The notes beneath the pieces were generated by a model. That model searched no databases and was not told the origin of the DNA. It saw only the letters and a list, made by a program, of their open reading frames with translations. Position numbers and translations under genes: made by a program. DNA of 64,000 bases, from positions 103,935 to 167,934 of the forward strand of contig CAWHJE010000020.1 of assembly GCA_963829465.1 (NCBI GenBank), written 5' to 3'. This document shows, in pieces, positions 9,657 to 20,516 of this stretch. Position 1 is the first letter of the stretch; the number at the start of each line of letters is the position of its first letter. This DNA comes from an uncultured Alphaproteobacteria bacterium (GTDB lineage: Bacteria; Pseudomonadota; Alphaproteobacteria; Rhizobiales; Xanthobacteraceae).

Positions 9657-11407
9657 CGGCAATTCCCCGATCAACGTCCGCCGCGATATGCGCGCGCAAC
9701 ACGCGGCGCCCACGCCCGGCGAGCACCTGAAAGTCACCTGCGGCCTGGGCCGCCTCGATCACGCCGAAGCTCGCGCTGCGTCCCGGAACGGCCAGATCGA
9801 GCGTCGGCTGCGCCGTGATCTGAAGAAAGACGCCGGTGTTCGGCCCGCCTTTGTAAGCCTGTCCTGTCGAATGCAGGAAGCGCGGGCCAAACTGCAAGCA
9901 CGTTGCGACCTGCGTTCGGTCGCGGATGGTCGCGCGCAGGCTTTGCAGCGCCGCCAGCCGCGCGGCCGCGGCATCGAGATAAGCAATGAGTGCGAAGTAA
10001 TCGCCGCCATTGAGCCTCGCCAAGTGCGCCCTGAGCCAGCTTTCGAGCGTGGCGGCCGCTCCAAGCTTCTGCAGCACTTCGGTGTTGTTCGGGTCGGTAT
10101 AAAGCGCGATGCCGTTTTTCTCGAACACCGGCGTCTCGCGCGGAAGTGCGCCGGTTTTCTCGAAAGCTTCCGTTACGGCGCGCGTTGCGACCTTGCTTGC
10201 TTCCACGTCAGGCTGGTCGAACGGATTGATACCGAGGATCGCGCCGGCGACAGCGGTCGCTATCTCGAAGCGGAAGAACTCCTCGGCAATCGTCGCCGGC
10301 GAATGAAGCCGAATACGCACGAGCGGGTGCCCGTGTCGCTCCAGCGCATCGGCGGCATTGTCCTGCGCGGCATCCGGCTGCCCCTCGTCGCGGAGATACA
10401 CGAACAGCCGATCGGTGCCGTAGGCCGAAACGTCGCCGAGCGGTTCGTCGGCGATGGGAATAACGCCGCGTCCCCTCTTGCCGGTCGAACTCGGCCACCA
10501 ATTGTTCAATCCATGCGCCGAAGGCGGCAATCCGGGGCGAGGCAAGAACGGTCAGTTTGTCGCGCCCATTCAGGGCCAGAACGCCGATCATCAGGCCAAG
10601 CGACACGCCAGGATTTTCCACCGCCGGCGCCTTCGGCCCGCAAGCTTTCGTCATGGCGGCGGCCGTTTCGAGTAAGGCACGGACGTCATGACCGCTCGCC
10701 GCCAGCGGCACCAATCCGAATTTGGACAGCACGGAAAAGCGGCCGCCGACGCTTGGAACACCGAAGAAGACGTGACGGAAGCCCCTGTCCTTTGCGGTCT
10801 TTTGCAGTTGCGATCCTGGGTCGGTAATGGCCACAAAATTCCGTCCGGCGGCGTCGCCGATGGCGTCCGATACGCGCGCAAAAAAATAATCCATCAGAAC
10901 GTTCGGCTCGAGCGTCGTCCCGGACTTGCTGGAAACGATGAAAGCCGTACGTGCGACATTGATGCCGCTCTCGAAGCGCCGCACTTGATCCGGGTCGGTT
11001 GAATCCAGCACATGCAACTTGGGATAGCCGGGCCCCGATCCCAGGCTTTTGGCCAAGACTTCGGGTCCGAGACTCGATCCGCCCATGCCGAGGAGGAGAA
11101 CGTCGCTGAAGCCGCTCTCGCGCAGCTTTTCGCCGAAGTCCCGGAGCTGGGCGGTGTCGCGCAGCTCGTCGTCGACAATGTCGAGCCAGCCTAACCAGTC
11201 GCCTTCATCGCGGTTGGTCCAGAGCGTAGCGTCTTTGCTCCAGAGGCGCTGCGTGTTTTTCCTCAAACGCCACGCCTGCTGCGCCAAGGCCAGCTTGTCC
11301 GCGAGCTGCGGTGGCAGTGCGATAGTCTGTCCGTTTATCGTATCGCCCAAACGCGCCTCAAAAAGCTGACCGACTAAAGCTATGCGGCCTTGGTGTGTTG
11401 ATCGCAA
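9622..11407 (-). pseudogene. pgi: Glucose-6-phosphate isomerase (SIS-domain PGI) interrupted by a 1-nt frameshift
   Basis: ORF 10208..11407 carries LWSKDATLWTN...LLLGMGGSSLGPEV...FIVSSKSGTTLEPN...AWIEQLVAE and then turns to junk. ORF 9622..10545 resumes with STGKRGRGVIPIADEPLG...GINPFDQPDVEASK...QFGPRFLHSTGQ. The frames join at GAGTTCGACC (reverse complement of 10483-10492), where one extra T breaks E-S-T. Confidence 0.8.
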
Positions 11408-11604
11408 CCGATCCTAGTCCATTCCCCGGCGCGAGGTGCCAGGCTCTCGAACGTTAGGCTGGCACGAAGGGACGTAATAATGTTTGAACAATGCCGCGTC
11501 GATGTTATGGGATCGCATCAAGCTCGCGGCCGCTGATGGGGATCAAGGCGGCGGTTTCAATGACTACCGTGTGACAACTCCAACGTAAGTCGGGCATCGC
11601 GGAC

Positions 11605-13332
11605 ATGCGGCTGAATGTGCCAATTTCCGTCGGCGGGTGGGGCCGTTTCTTCACGCGCTGGGACGTCCTCGCGGTCCTTCTGATCCTCGGGCTATTGGCC
11701 TTTCTGGCAGAGGGGAGCCGTCACGTTCTCCAGCCGTTGGCCGAGTTGCAACGCCAGCCGGTGTCGCTCGATCCCGCCAACTTGCCGGGATACGCTGCCC
11801 GCACTACGCTCCGCATGCTCGTCGCGATGGCGCTGTCGCTCCTCTTCACGTTCACCTATGCGACCCTTGCCGCCAGGAACAAGCGGGCCGAGAAATTACT
11901 GGTCCCGCTGCTCGACATCCTGCAGTCGGTTCCGATCCTGGGTTTCATCTCCATCACCGTCGTCTTCTTCATGGCGCTGGCGCCGGGACGCGTTCTGGGT
12001 GCGGAATTCGCGGCGATTTTTGCGATCTTTACAAGCCAAGCCTGGAACATGGCGTTCAGCTTCTACCAGTCGTTGCGCACTGTGCCGACCGAACTGGTCG
12101 AGGCGACGCGCAATTTCGGGCTCAGCCCGTGGATGAGATTCTGGCGCCTGGATGTCCCATTCGCGATGCCGCAGCTCATCTGGAACATGATGATGTCGAT
12201 GTCCGGAAGCTGGTTCTTCGTCGTCGCCGCGGAGGCGATCAGCGTCGGCAACACGACGATCACGCTTCCGGGTGTCGGCTCCTATATCGCGCTGGCAATC
12301 GAGCACCGCGATCTCGCGGCTGTCGGCTATGCGATCCTCACCATGCTCATCGTCATCCTGGTCTACGACCAGGTCTTGTTTCGGCCGCTCGTCGCCTGGG
12401 CCGACCGGTTTCGTTTCGAGCAGGAACCCGGGATGGTGCCGCCGGAATCGTGGGTGCTTAATGTGATGCGCCGCTCCAGGCTGGTCGACTACATCACCTA
12501 TCCATTTGCATCGCTGTGGCGTCGTTTGTTGGTGGCGCGCTGGTCCGGGAGCGCCGAGCCCGTTAGCCGGCCGCCCCAGAAGCAGCACCCCTGGATCACG
12601 TTCCAATGGACCGCGATCGTCGGCGTTCTGGCCGCCGTCGCGCTCTGGCAGTTCGCGCGCTTCATCATCCAAGGCATTACGCTGTCCGACATCGCCACGA
12701 CGTTGTTGCTTGGGCTCGCGACTTTAAGCCGCATCGTTGTGCTCATCGCGCTGGCCAGCGTGATCTGGGTTCCGATCGGCGTTTGGGTCGGCACCCGGCC
12801 GCATGTCGCCAATCTGGTTCAGCCGATCGCGCAGTTTCTTGCCGCCTTTCCGGCGAACCTGTTGTTTCCGATCGCGGTTTCGGCGATCGTCGCGCTCAAG
12901 CTCGATCCGAATATCTGGCTGAGCCCGCTGATGATCCTCGGCACGCAATGGTACATTCTCTTCAACGTCGTCGCCGGCGCCAGCGCGATTCCCGCCGAGC
13001 TGCGCGCGGCCGGCGCCAATTTCCGCGTCCGTGGCTGGTTATGGTGGCGGCGCATCGCGCTGCCGGCGGTGCTGCCTTATTACATCACCGGCGCCATCAC
13101 AGCCTCGGGCGGCTCGTGGAACGCCAGCATCGTGGCCGAGGTCGCGAGCTGGGGCAACGTGCACCTCGAAGCGCAGGGTCTCGGCGCGTATATTGCGCAG
13201 CAAACGGCGGCCGGCGACTTCCATCGTATCGTGCTGGGTATCGCGGTGATGAGCCTGTTCGTCGTTCTCATCAACCGCACGTTCTGGCGTCCACTTTATC
13301 TTTACGCGGAACGCAAGTTCCGGATCGGTTGA
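11605..13332 (+). CDS. ABC transporter permease, duplicated/fused (NitT/TauT-like, two BPD modules)
   Basis: 575-aa polytopic protein with two permease halves (…[17 protein letters not shown]… and …[18 protein letters not shown]…). Confidence 0.8.
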   Translation: MRLNVPISVGGWGRFFTRWDVLAVLLILGLLAFLAEGSRHVLQPLAELQRQPVSLDPANLPGYAARTTLRMLVAMALSLLFTFTYATLAARNKRAEKLLVPLLDILQSVPILGFISITVVFFMALAPGRVLGAEFAAIFAIFTSQAWNMAFSFYQSLRTVPTELVEATRNFGLSPWMRFWRLDVPFAMPQLIWNMMMSMSGSWFFVVAAEAISVGNTTITLPGVGSYIALAIEHRDLAAVGYAILTMLIVILVYDQVLFRPLVAWADRFRFEQEPGMVPPESWVLNVMRRSRLVDYITYPFASLWRRLLVARWSGSAEPVSRPPQKQHPWITFQWTAIVGVLAAVALWQFARFIIQGITLSDIATTLLLGLATLSRIVVLIALASVIWVPIGVWVGTRPHVANLVQPIAQFLAAFPANLLFPIAVSAIVALKLDPNIWLSPLMILGTQWYILFNVVAGASAIPAELRAAGANFRVRGWLWWRRIALPAVLPYYITGAITASGGSWNASIVAEVASWGNVHLEAQGLGAYIAQQTAAGDFHRIVLGIAVMSLFVVLINRTFWRPLYLYAERKFRIG

Positions 13333-13342
13333 GGATTTCCTC

Positions 13343-14641
13343 ATGAGCAACGCGCTTCTCGATATCCATGCGCTCCGCCAAACCTTTCCGCGCGCCGACG
13401 GCGGCGAGCTTCTGGTGCTCGATGGCATCGAGTTGCAACTGGTGCAGGGGCAGATTGTCGGGCTGCTCGGCCGCACCGGATCCGGCAAATCCACATTGCT
13501 GCGCTCGATCGCCGGTCTGATGCCGGCCTCTGCCGGCACCATTACCTATCTCGGCCAGCCGGTCGTCGGACCCGCCCCCGGCATCGCCATGGTGTTCCAG
13601 GGCTTCGCGCTGTTTCCCTGGCTGACGGTGCTGGAAAACGTCCAGCTCGGCCTCGAGGCGCTCGGGCTTCCCGAAGCCGAGATCAGGAAGCGCGCGCTGG
13701 CGGCAATCGACCTCATCGGCCTCGACGGCTACGAATCGGCCTATCCGCGCGAACTATCCGGCGGCATGCGCCAGCGCGTCGGCTTTGCCCGCGCGCTGGT
13801 CGTTCACCCGAACATCCTTTTGATGGACGAGCCTTTCTCCGCGCTCGACGTACTCACCGCGGAGACGCTGCGCACCGATTTCCTCGAACTGTGGAGCGAC
13901 GGCAAGCTGCCGATCAAGGGCGTCATCCTCGTCACCCACAATATCGAGGAAGCGGTGCTGATGTGCGACCGCATTTTGTTGTTCTCTTCCAATCCGGGCC
14001 GGATCATCCGCGAGATCGCGGTCGATCTCAAACAGCCGCGCAATCGCCTCGATACGCAATTCCGCGATCTGGTCGAGAAGATTTACGTGGCGATGACGGC
14101 ACGCACCGCGGTCCCGCCGAAGATCGGCGCCGCTGCCGGAACGGTCGCCACCAGCATCAACACCATTCTGCCTCGGGTCTCGGCCAATCTGCTGTCTGGC
14201 GTTCTCGAAACGCTCGCCGCCGAATACAGCGGGCACGCCGATCTTCCGGTCTTCGCCGACGAACAACATCTTGAAAGCGACGATCTGTTCCCGGTCGCGG
14301 ACGCGCTGCAAATGCTGCGCCTTGCTGAAATCGAAGGCGGCGACATCAAACTCACCGAAACCGGCAAGCAGTTCGTCGATGCCGCCACCGACGATCGCAA
14401 GAAGATTTTCCAGCGCCAGCTTCTCACCTACGTGCCGCTGGCCGCGCACGTCCGTCGCATCCTTCAGGACCGCGCCAACCACGTTGCGCCGAAGAGCCGC
14501 TTCTTCGACGAGCTCGAAGACCACATGAGTGCCGACGACGCCGAGTCGACGCTCCGTTCGATCACGGCTTGGGGCCGGTACGGCGAGGCGTTTGCCTACG
14601 ACGACGATACCCAGACCTTCAGCCTGGAAAATCCGACGTAA
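13343..14641 (+). CDS. ABC transporter ATP-binding protein with an extra C-terminal domain of about 190 aa
   Basis: Walker [12 protein letters not shown], signature LSGGMRQRV, Walker [13 protein letters not shown]. About 190 further residues of unknown function follow. Confidence 0.85.
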   Translation: MSNALLDIHALRQTFPRADGGELLVLDGIELQLVQGQIVGLLGRTGSGKSTLLRSIAGLMPASAGTITYLGQPVVGPAPGIAMVFQGFALFPWLTVLENVQLGLEALGLPEAEIRKRALAAIDLIGLDGYESAYPRELSGGMRQRVGFARALVVHPNILLMDEPFSALDVLTAETLRTDFLELWSDGKLPIKGVILVTHNIEEAVLMCDRILLFSSNPGRIIREIAVDLKQPRNRLDTQFRDLVEKIYVAMTARTAVPPKIGAAAGTVATSINTILPRVSANLLSGVLETLAAEYSGHADLPVFADEQHLESDDLFPVADALQMLRLAEIEGGDIKLTETGKQFVDAATDDRKKIFQRQLLTYVPLAAHVRRILQDRANHVAPKSRFFDELEDHMSADDAESTLRSITAWGRYGEAFAYDDDTQTFSLENPT

Positions 14642-14703
14642 GTGTCGGGGGCAAACCTAAAGACCAAGATCGTAACTTTGTTGGAAGAGCTAGCTTGGCA
14701 ACT

Positions 14704-15150
14704 TTAGGTCTTTGATGAGCCCCGCGCCGCTTCCTGCAAAATAGCGATCATGCGGTCGATCACCTGATCCGCTGTCGATCCCGGCGGGAATTCGATTTTC
14801 TGCTCGGGGTCTTTCTCCCAGTAGCCGTTGCGATGCGTGCGATAGCCGACAATCTGATAATTCCGGCCGGTCTCCTCAATACTCCAGACGGCTGCGCCAC
14901 GGGCAAAAGCTGACCAGGTTTTCACGCCGGCGTATCTAAGCAAGACGGGTGGCGGCCAATTGTCCTTAGGCGGATTGGGGATGATGATGTTTTTTCTGGC
15001 AATCGCATCCAACAAAGCGCGTCGCAAACCCTCGGTATTCGTAACGGGCAAAACTGCGACGGGATCAATATCCGTGTAGGCGCCCGTTTCCCGCTTGGCT
15101 ACAGTCGGTACATACACAACGCCACGTCTCAGATAACAGTGAAATAGCAT
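14704..15150 (-). CDS. Hypothetical protein, orphan gene in a lower-G+C patch
   Basis: ATG 15150 is preceded by AGGTG; a GTG lies at 15159. The product MLFHCYLRRGVVYVPTVAKRETGAYTDIDPV...WPPPVLLRYAGVKTWSAFARG...YQIVGYRTHRNGYWEKD has no signal peptide or TM segment. I recognise no family with confidence. Confidence 0.6.
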   Translation of the reverse strand: MLFHCYLRRGVVYVPTVAKRETGAYTDIDPVAVLPVTNTEGLRRALLDAIARKNIIIPNPPKDNWPPPVLLRYAGVKTWSAFARGAAVWSIEETGRNYQIVGYRTHRNGYWEKDPEQKIEFPPGSTADQVIDRMIAILQEAARGSSKT

Positions 15151-15267
15151 GATGAGCACCTAAAATGGAGAAACGATGATATTTATTCCTAAGCCCTCGG
15201 CTCGCGTCCGCGCTGCGTCGATGGCGCGCGCGGATGCTTCGCCCGCCCGTTGGCTCGCAGTGACGAG

Positions 15268-16293
15268 CTAAGCGGCGCTGCGCCGCGCCTTCACCGCGAT
15301 CGCGAGCAGCGCCCGCTCGGCGATGGTATCGGCCAGAGCGGACATGCGCCGCGAGGTCAGTACCGCGTCCGCCAGCTCCGCCATGGCGGCGGTCAGCCGC
15401 GCCGCGCTCCACTGCTTGAGCGCCGCTTCGACCGCGCCCTTGCGGCGGAAATGCAAAGGCGGCTGCAGGTTGTCGATCGAGAACGGCGCGCCGCCCTCGA
15501 TCGCCGTGCGCCATTTGTGCAGCTGCGCGAGCTGGCGCTGCGCGGCAAAAAAGATCGAGCCGACGGGACTCCCCGCGGCGCGCACCTTGGCAAGCTGCGC
15601 CTCGAGGTCGGACGGCCGTCCGGCGAACGCGGTGTCGACGAGTTCGTCGAGCGCCAGCGTCGAAGCGTCGGACACCACAGCGGCAATATCGTCGACGTCG
15701 ATCTCGGCGCGGCCGCGGGCGTAGAGCGCGAGCTTGCGAAGCTCGTTGCGCGAAGCCGCCCGGTCGCCGCCGAGAAGCGGAATGAGCATGGCGCGCGCGT
15801 CCGCCTTGATCACCAGCCCGGCGGCGCGCATCTCGGCATCGACCAGCCGCCCCAGATCGCGCTCGGTATCGGCGTAGCAGGGCAGCGCTGCCGCGTTTTT
15901 GGCGCGTTCGCACAGAACGCGTAACGGCGAATTGCGGCGCAGGTCGCCGGCCTCGATCACCACCCGGCATTCGCTCGTCGGCAGGCCGAGAACCGCCTCA
16001 ACTGCAGGCGCGACATTGCGGCTGCCGGCCTTCGCCCAGACTGCGCGCCGGCCGCCGAACAGCGGAATCGTTTGCGCCTCCTCGGCGAGCCGCGCCGGAT
16101 TGGCCGACAGTTCCTCGGCTTCGAGCCGCACCAGCGAGAACGGATCGCTCACGTCGTCGACCGACGCCTTGATAAGCGCGGTGGCGCGTTCGCTGACGAG
16201 ACCGGCATCCGGCCCGAAAATGAGCACTACTGGGCGCGCGGGGTCGGGATGGGCAATAAATGCCTCTGCGTCTGATGCCTTGATTGCGACCAT
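15268..16293 (-). CDS. holA: DNA polymerase III subunit delta
   Basis: 341 aa: ...PVVLIFGPDAGLVSERA...IPLFGGRRAVW.... The conserved leuS-lptE-holA order supports the call. Confidence 0.85.
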   Translation of the reverse strand: MVAIKASDAEAFIAHPDPARPVVLIFGPDAGLVSERATALIKASVDDVSDPFSLVRLEAEELSANPARLAEEAQTIPLFGGRRAVWAKAGSRNVAPAVEAVLGLPTSECRVVIEAGDLRRNSPLRVLCERAKNAAALPCYADTERDLGRLVDAEMRAAGLVIKADARAMLIPLLGGDRAASRNELRKLALYARGRAEIDVDDIAAVVSDASTLALDELVDTAFAGRPSDLEAQLAKVRAAGSPVGSIFFAAQRQLAQLHKWRTAIEGGAPFSIDNLQPPLHFRRKGAVEAALKQWSAARLTAAMAELADAVLTSRRMSALADTIAERALLAIAVKARRSAA

Positions 16294-16330
16294 TGGAACA
16301 AATCGTTTCGGACCGGGTCAAATTTGTAGA

Positions 16331-16375
16331 CCGTCATCCTAAGGTGCGAGCAAAAGCGAGCCTCGAAGGATGACG
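16331..16375. repeat. REP-like palindromic intergenic element (CATCCTnAGGTGC family)
   Basis: Perfect 10-bp outer arms, CCGTCATCCT ... AGGATGACGG, between holA and lptE. Its 5' arm is shared with the element at 56183. Confidence 0.6.
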
Positions 16376-16385
16376 GAACAGAACA

Positions 16386-16913
16386 CTAAGTGCCGGCGAC
16401 GAAATACGATGCCAGCCTGTTCCTGATCGCCTGGGCGACGACCTCGACCGCATGGTCCTCGGCATCGCGTTGTGCACGCTGCTTGGCGAACCGCTGTTGC
16501 GATCCTGGAATGTCGTAATCCACGTGCGCAAATGTACTGTCGTTGACCGCGGTCTTGCCGGTTGCCAGTTCGATCAGCGAAAAACTCGCATTGACGGATT
16601 GGATCTGCGTGTTCGGCCGGCCCGTGGTTGGATCGAGGTAAGCGGTGTATTGCGTTGCGGAGATGATGACCTTGAGCTGATAGGTTGGCGCGAACGCGTG
16701 TTCGCCGTTATGCAGATCGAATTGCAGGGCGTTGCGCAAGGCGACGGCGACGCGCTCGACCGGTGTTCCCTTGGGCGCGATGATCACCGGAATTTCGATT
16801 GCGGCAAATTTGTCCTGTACGCCGTCGGCATTCGGCGTCGGCCCCGAGCGGTAAAGCGGCTGCCAGCAGCCGGCGGTCAGGCTCGCGGCAATAAACACCA
16901 CGGCAAGCCGCAC
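16386..16913 (-). CDS. lptE: LPS-assembly lipoprotein LptE
   Basis: Lipobox MRLAVVFIAASLTAGC. 175 aa. Located between leuS and holA. Confidence 0.7.
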   Translation of the reverse strand: MRLAVVFIAASLTAGCWQPLYRSGPTPNADGVQDKFAAIEIPVIIAPKGTPVERVAVALRNALQFDLHNGEHAFAPTYQLKVIISATQYTAYLDPTTGRPNTQIQSVNASFSLIELATGKTAVNDSTFAHVDYDIPGSQQRFAKQRAQRDAEDHAVEVVAQAIRNRLASYFVAGT

Positions 16914-16999
16914 CGGCCAGGCGCGCCCCAGTCTCTGCTCGCGCCAGTCCTGCTCGCGCCAGTCCTGTTCGCGTCACTCCTGCCGGCGCTCGCAAAAAA

Positions 17000-19669
17000 T
17001 CACGCCACCACATTGACGATCCGTTGCGGCACGATGATCACCTTCTTTGGTGCCTTGCCGTCCAGCACCCTTTTTACCGCGTCGAGCGCAAGAACGGCAG
17101 TCTCGATATCGGCATTGGCGGCGCCGCGGGGCACGGTGACGTCGGCGCGCTTCTTGCCGTTGATCTGCACCGGCAGCGTCAGCGTGTCCTCGACCAGAAG
17201 ATCGCGCTCGACCTGCGGCCAGGCCGCTTCCGCGACCAGCGTTTGGTGGCCGAGCATGGCCCAGCATTCCTCGGCAAGATGCGGCATCATCGGGTTAAAG
17301 AGTTGCACAAGAACGTTTACCGCTTCGTTCATCGCCCAGCGCAGGTCCGGGGTGAGAGAGGAACCACCCGGATCGCTCGCCCCTCCGTTCGACCCCTCGT
17401 CCGATCCGATCTCGCCGATCGCCCCCGAGAGCCTATTGGCGAACTCGTAGATCGCCGCCACACAAACATTAAAGTGCAGCTTTTCGATGTCATCGGAGAC
17501 CTTTGCCAGGGCGGAATGGGTCGCCTTGCGCAGTGCCATTGCTGCCGGCGAGAACGCGGCCGGCCGCTCCGCTGGCGCCGATTTCGCCACCTCGGCCGCC
17601 TCGCCGACCAGCCGCCACAGCCGCTGCACGAAACGCCAGGCGCCCTGCACGCCGCGCTCGGTCCATTCCACATCGCGCTCGGGCGGCGAATCCGACAGCA
17701 TGAACCAGCGCGCGACGTCGGCGCCGTAGCCGGCGATGATCTCGTCGGGATCGACGGTGTTGCGCTTCGACTTCGACATTTTCTCGATCGCGCCGATCTC
17801 GACCGGCTCGCCGGTCTCGATCAGCGTGGCGGTGCGCACGTCGCCCTGCGTTTCGATCTTGATCTCGGCCGGGGTTGCCCATTCACCGTCCGTGGTGCGG
17901 TACGTTTCGTGCACGACCATGCCTTGGGTGAACAAGCCGGCGAACGGCTCGTCGACGCCGACATGGCCGGTCTTCTTCATCGCGCGGGTGAAGAAGCGGC
18001 TATAGAGCAGATGCAAAATGGCGTGCTCGATGCCGCCGATATATTGATCGACCGGCATCCAGGTATTGACCATCGGGCGGTCGGTCGGCGCGGTCTTGAT
18101 CCAGGGATCGGTGAAGCGCTCGAAATACCACGACGAGTTGACGAACGTGTCCATCGTGTCGGTTTCGCGCAGCGCCGGCGCGCCGCATTGCGGACATTTG
18201 ACGTGTTTCCAGGTCGGATGGCGGTCGAGCGGATTGCCCGGCCGGTCGAACGTCACGTCCTCCGGCAGGGTGACCGGCAGATCCTCTGCCGGCACCGGCA
18301 CCACGCCGCATGACTCGCAATGGATGACGGGGATCGGGCAGCCCCAATAGCGCTGCCGCGAGATGCCCCAGTCGCGCAGGCGAAAGTTCACTTGCCTCTG
18401 GGCGATCGGACGGTTGCCAGCGCTTTCGCTTTCCAGCCGCCGTGCCACGTCTTCCTTCGCTTCGGCGATCGTCATGCCGTCGAGGAAGCGTGAATTGATC
18501 ATGCGGCCGTCGCCGTCATAGGCGATGTCGGTGATGACGAAGGACTTCGGGTCCTGGCCCGGCGGGCAGACCACGGGTGTGTTGCCGAGCCTGTATTTGT
18601 TGACGAAATCGAGGTCGCGCTGATCGTGCGCCGGACAGCCGAAGATCGCGCCGGTGCCGTAGTCCATCAAGATAAAGTTCGCGACATAGACCGGCAGCTT
18701 CCAGGATTTGTCGAACGGATGCAGCGCGCGGATGCCGGTGTCGAAACCCATCTTCTCGGCGGTGTCGATCTCGGCCTGCGCAGTGCCGCGATGCTTGCAC
18801 TCCTCGATGAACGCCGCGAGCGCCGGATTTTTCTTCGCCGCCGCCGCTGCGAGCGGATGATCCGGCGCCAGCGCCATGAACTTCGCGCCGAACAAAGTGT
18901 CCGGCCGCGTGGTGAACACTTCCAGTTCCGTCTCGCCGCCCGGCGCCGTCTTCGCGTCGAGCGCGAAGCGCACCAGCAAACCCTCCGAACGGCCGATCCA
19001 GTTCTTCTGCATCAGCCGCACTTTTTCGGGCCAGCGGTCGAGCGTTTCGAGCGCGTCAAGGAGCGGCTGCGCGTATTCGGTGATCTTGAAGAACCACTGT
19101 GTCAGTTCGCGCTGTTCGACGATCGCGCCGGACCGCCAGCCGCGGCCGTCGATCACCTGCTCGTTCGCCAGCACGGTCTGGTCGACCGGGTCCCAGTTGA
19201 CCTTCGATTTCCGCCGCTCGACCAGATCGGCGCCGAGAAAATCGAGGAACATCTTCTGCTGGTGTTTGTAATAGGCCGGATCGCAGGTGGCGATTTCGCG
19301 GCTCCAGTCGAGCGACAGCCCCATCGATTTGAGCTGCGCCTTCATTGCCGCGATATTCTCGTAGGTCCACTTCTTCGGGTGGACCTTGCGCTCCATTGCC
19401 GCGTTCTCCGCCGGCATGCCGAAGGCGTCCCAACCCATCGGGTGCAGCACGTCGAAGCCCATCGCCCGCTTTACCCGCGCCACCACGTCGCCCATGGTGT
19501 AATTGCGCACGTGCCCCATATGGATGCGTCCGGACGGGTAGGGGAACATCTCCAGCACGTAGTACTTCTTGCGCACGTCCTCGTTCTTCGTGGCGAAGAT
19601 GCCGCGCTCGTCCCAGACTTTCTGCCAGCGGGCCTCCGCCTCGGCGGCGTTGTAACGTTCGACAGCCAT
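17000..19669 (-). CDS. leuS: Leucine--tRNA ligase
   Basis: 889 aa. HIGH motif region [16 protein letters not shown] and KMSKS motif EKMSKSKRN. Confidence 0.97.
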   Translation of the reverse strand: MAVERYNAAEAEARWQKVWDERGIFATKNEDVRKKYYVLEMFPYPSGRIHMGHVRNYTMGDVVARVKRAMGFDVLHPMGWDAFGMPAENAAMERKVHPKKWTYENIAAMKAQLKSMGLSLDWSREIATCDPAYYKHQQKMFLDFLGADLVERRKSKVNWDPVDQTVLANEQVIDGRGWRSGAIVEQRELTQWFFKITEYAQPLLDALETLDRWPEKVRLMQKNWIGRSEGLLVRFALDAKTAPGGETELEVFTTRPDTLFGAKFMALAPDHPLAAAAAKKNPALAAFIEECKHRGTAQAEIDTAEKMGFDTGIRALHPFDKSWKLPVYVANFILMDYGTGAIFGCPAHDQRDLDFVNKYRLGNTPVVCPPGQDPKSFVITDIAYDGDGRMINSRFLDGMTIAEAKEDVARRLESESAGNRPIAQRQVNFRLRDWGISRQRYWGCPIPVIHCESCGVVPVPAEDLPVTLPEDVTFDRPGNPLDRHPTWKHVKCPQCGAPALRETDTMDTFVNSSWYFERFTDPWIKTAPTDRPMVNTWMPVDQYIGGIEHAILHLLYSRFFTRAMKKTGHVGVDEPFAGLFTQGMVVHETYRTTDGEWATPAEIKIETQGDVRTATLIETGEPVEIGAIEKMSKSKRNTVDPDEIIAGYGADVARWFMLSDSPPERDVEWTERGVQGAWRFVQRLWRLVGEAAEVAKSAPAERPAAFSPAAMALRKATHSALAKVSDDIEKLHFNVCVAAIYEFANRLSGAIGEIGSDEGSNGGASDPGGSSLTPDLRWAMNEAVNVLVQLFNPMMPHLAEECWAMLGHQTLVAEAAWPQVERDLLVEDTLTLPVQINGKKRADVTVPRGAANADIETAVLALDAVKRVLDGKAPKKVIIVPQRIVNVVA

Positions 19670-19702
19670 TGGATTAGCGATGCTTTCCGGCGCTTTATTT
19701 AA

Positions 19703-19749
19703 GGCATGATCCCGAAAAGTGGATGCCGGTTTTCGGAAAAGATCATGCC
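19703..19749. repeat. REP-like palindromic intergenic element (GGCATGATC...CCGAAAA/TTTTCGG...GATCATGCC family)
   Basis: Nested inverted repeats read directly: GGCATGATC-CCGAAAA-GTGGATGCCGG-TTTTCGG-AAAA-GATCATGCC. It lies in the leuS/hemerythrin divergent region. Confidence 0.6.
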
Positions 19750-19896
19750 CAATGAAGGCCCGGGACGTGACACGAAAGGCTGCGGCGGGTCAATTGCGGG
19801 CCTTTTTCGTCCGCCCCACGAAGTTGGGGGAGGGGACCGCCCGAAGCGCGGTGGAAGGGGCATCGGCGCGGGCGCTTGCAGGGGGCAGCCAGCGGC

Positions 19897-20472
19897 ATGG
19901 CGGGTGACGACACGAGCACGGAAATCAAGCTCATCGACGACGCGACGCGTCCGAAGGCTCCCAAGATCGAAGGCATCACCGAAGCCCAGCGGCGCCGTGG
20001 CAAGAGCCTGGCGCTAATCCACGACTATCACCTGGCGCAAATGAACGAGGTGCGGTGGATGATGGAACGGGTCGAAGCGGGCGAACAAAGCGCGGCGACG
20101 CTGGTTGACGCCATTTCCTCCATGCAGATGGCCGCCAATTATCGGATGTTCGGCAACCTCTGCGGCCGCGAATGTCGCATGCTGACGCTACATCACTCGA
20201 TCGAGGACGAAAGCATCTTTCCCGTTCTCCGCGAGGGCGGCGACGGGCTGCGCAGGGTCGTCGAGCGGTTGAGCGAAGAGCATGCGATCGTGCACCGGCT
20301 GCTGGAGAGGCTGCACGCCCATGCCATCGAGGCTGTCAGGGAGCCCGGCTCCGAAACCTTTACGACGCTGAAGACGGCGTTTCTTGCGCTCGATCGTGTC
20401 GTGCGCTCGCATTTCGGGTACGAGCAGGAAGAGCTTCAAGAAGCGCTCGGCTACTTCGCCGTCCCGCTGTAA
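19897..20472 (+). CDS. Hemerythrin (HHE cation-binding) domain protein
   Basis: First ATG of ORF 19876..20472. His/Glu-rich motifs LTLHHSIEDESIFP and LSEEHAIVHRLL. Confidence 0.7.
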   Translation: MAGDDTSTEIKLIDDATRPKAPKIEGITEAQRRRGKSLALIHDYHLAQMNEVRWMMERVEAGEQSAATLVDAISSMQMAANYRMFGNLCGRECRMLTLHHSIEDESIFPVLREGGDGLRRVVERLSEEHAIVHRLLERLHAHAIEAVREPGSETFTTLKTAFLALDRVVRSHFGYEQEELQEALGYFAVPL

Positions 20473-20516
20473 GGGGGACGAACGCGTCACTCTCGCGCGG
20501 CGCGCTTCGTGCCCTC

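Noticed and set aside
9556-10827. 423-aa plus-strand ORF
   Set aside because: It is antisense to the frameshifted pgi gene, Arg-rich, and has no motifs.
11460-11475. TGGCAC sequence upstream of the ABC permease as a possible sigma-54 promoter
   Set aside because: The -12 element is missing. Positions 12-15 read GACG instead of TTGC, so the GG-N10-GC spacing rule fails.
19754-19808. Hairpin AAGGCCCG...CGGGCCTT followed by TTT upstream of the hemerythrin gene
   Set aside because: The 8-bp stem encloses a loop of about 34 nt with no clear inner structure and only a short T-run. It is not convincing as a terminator or riboswitch.
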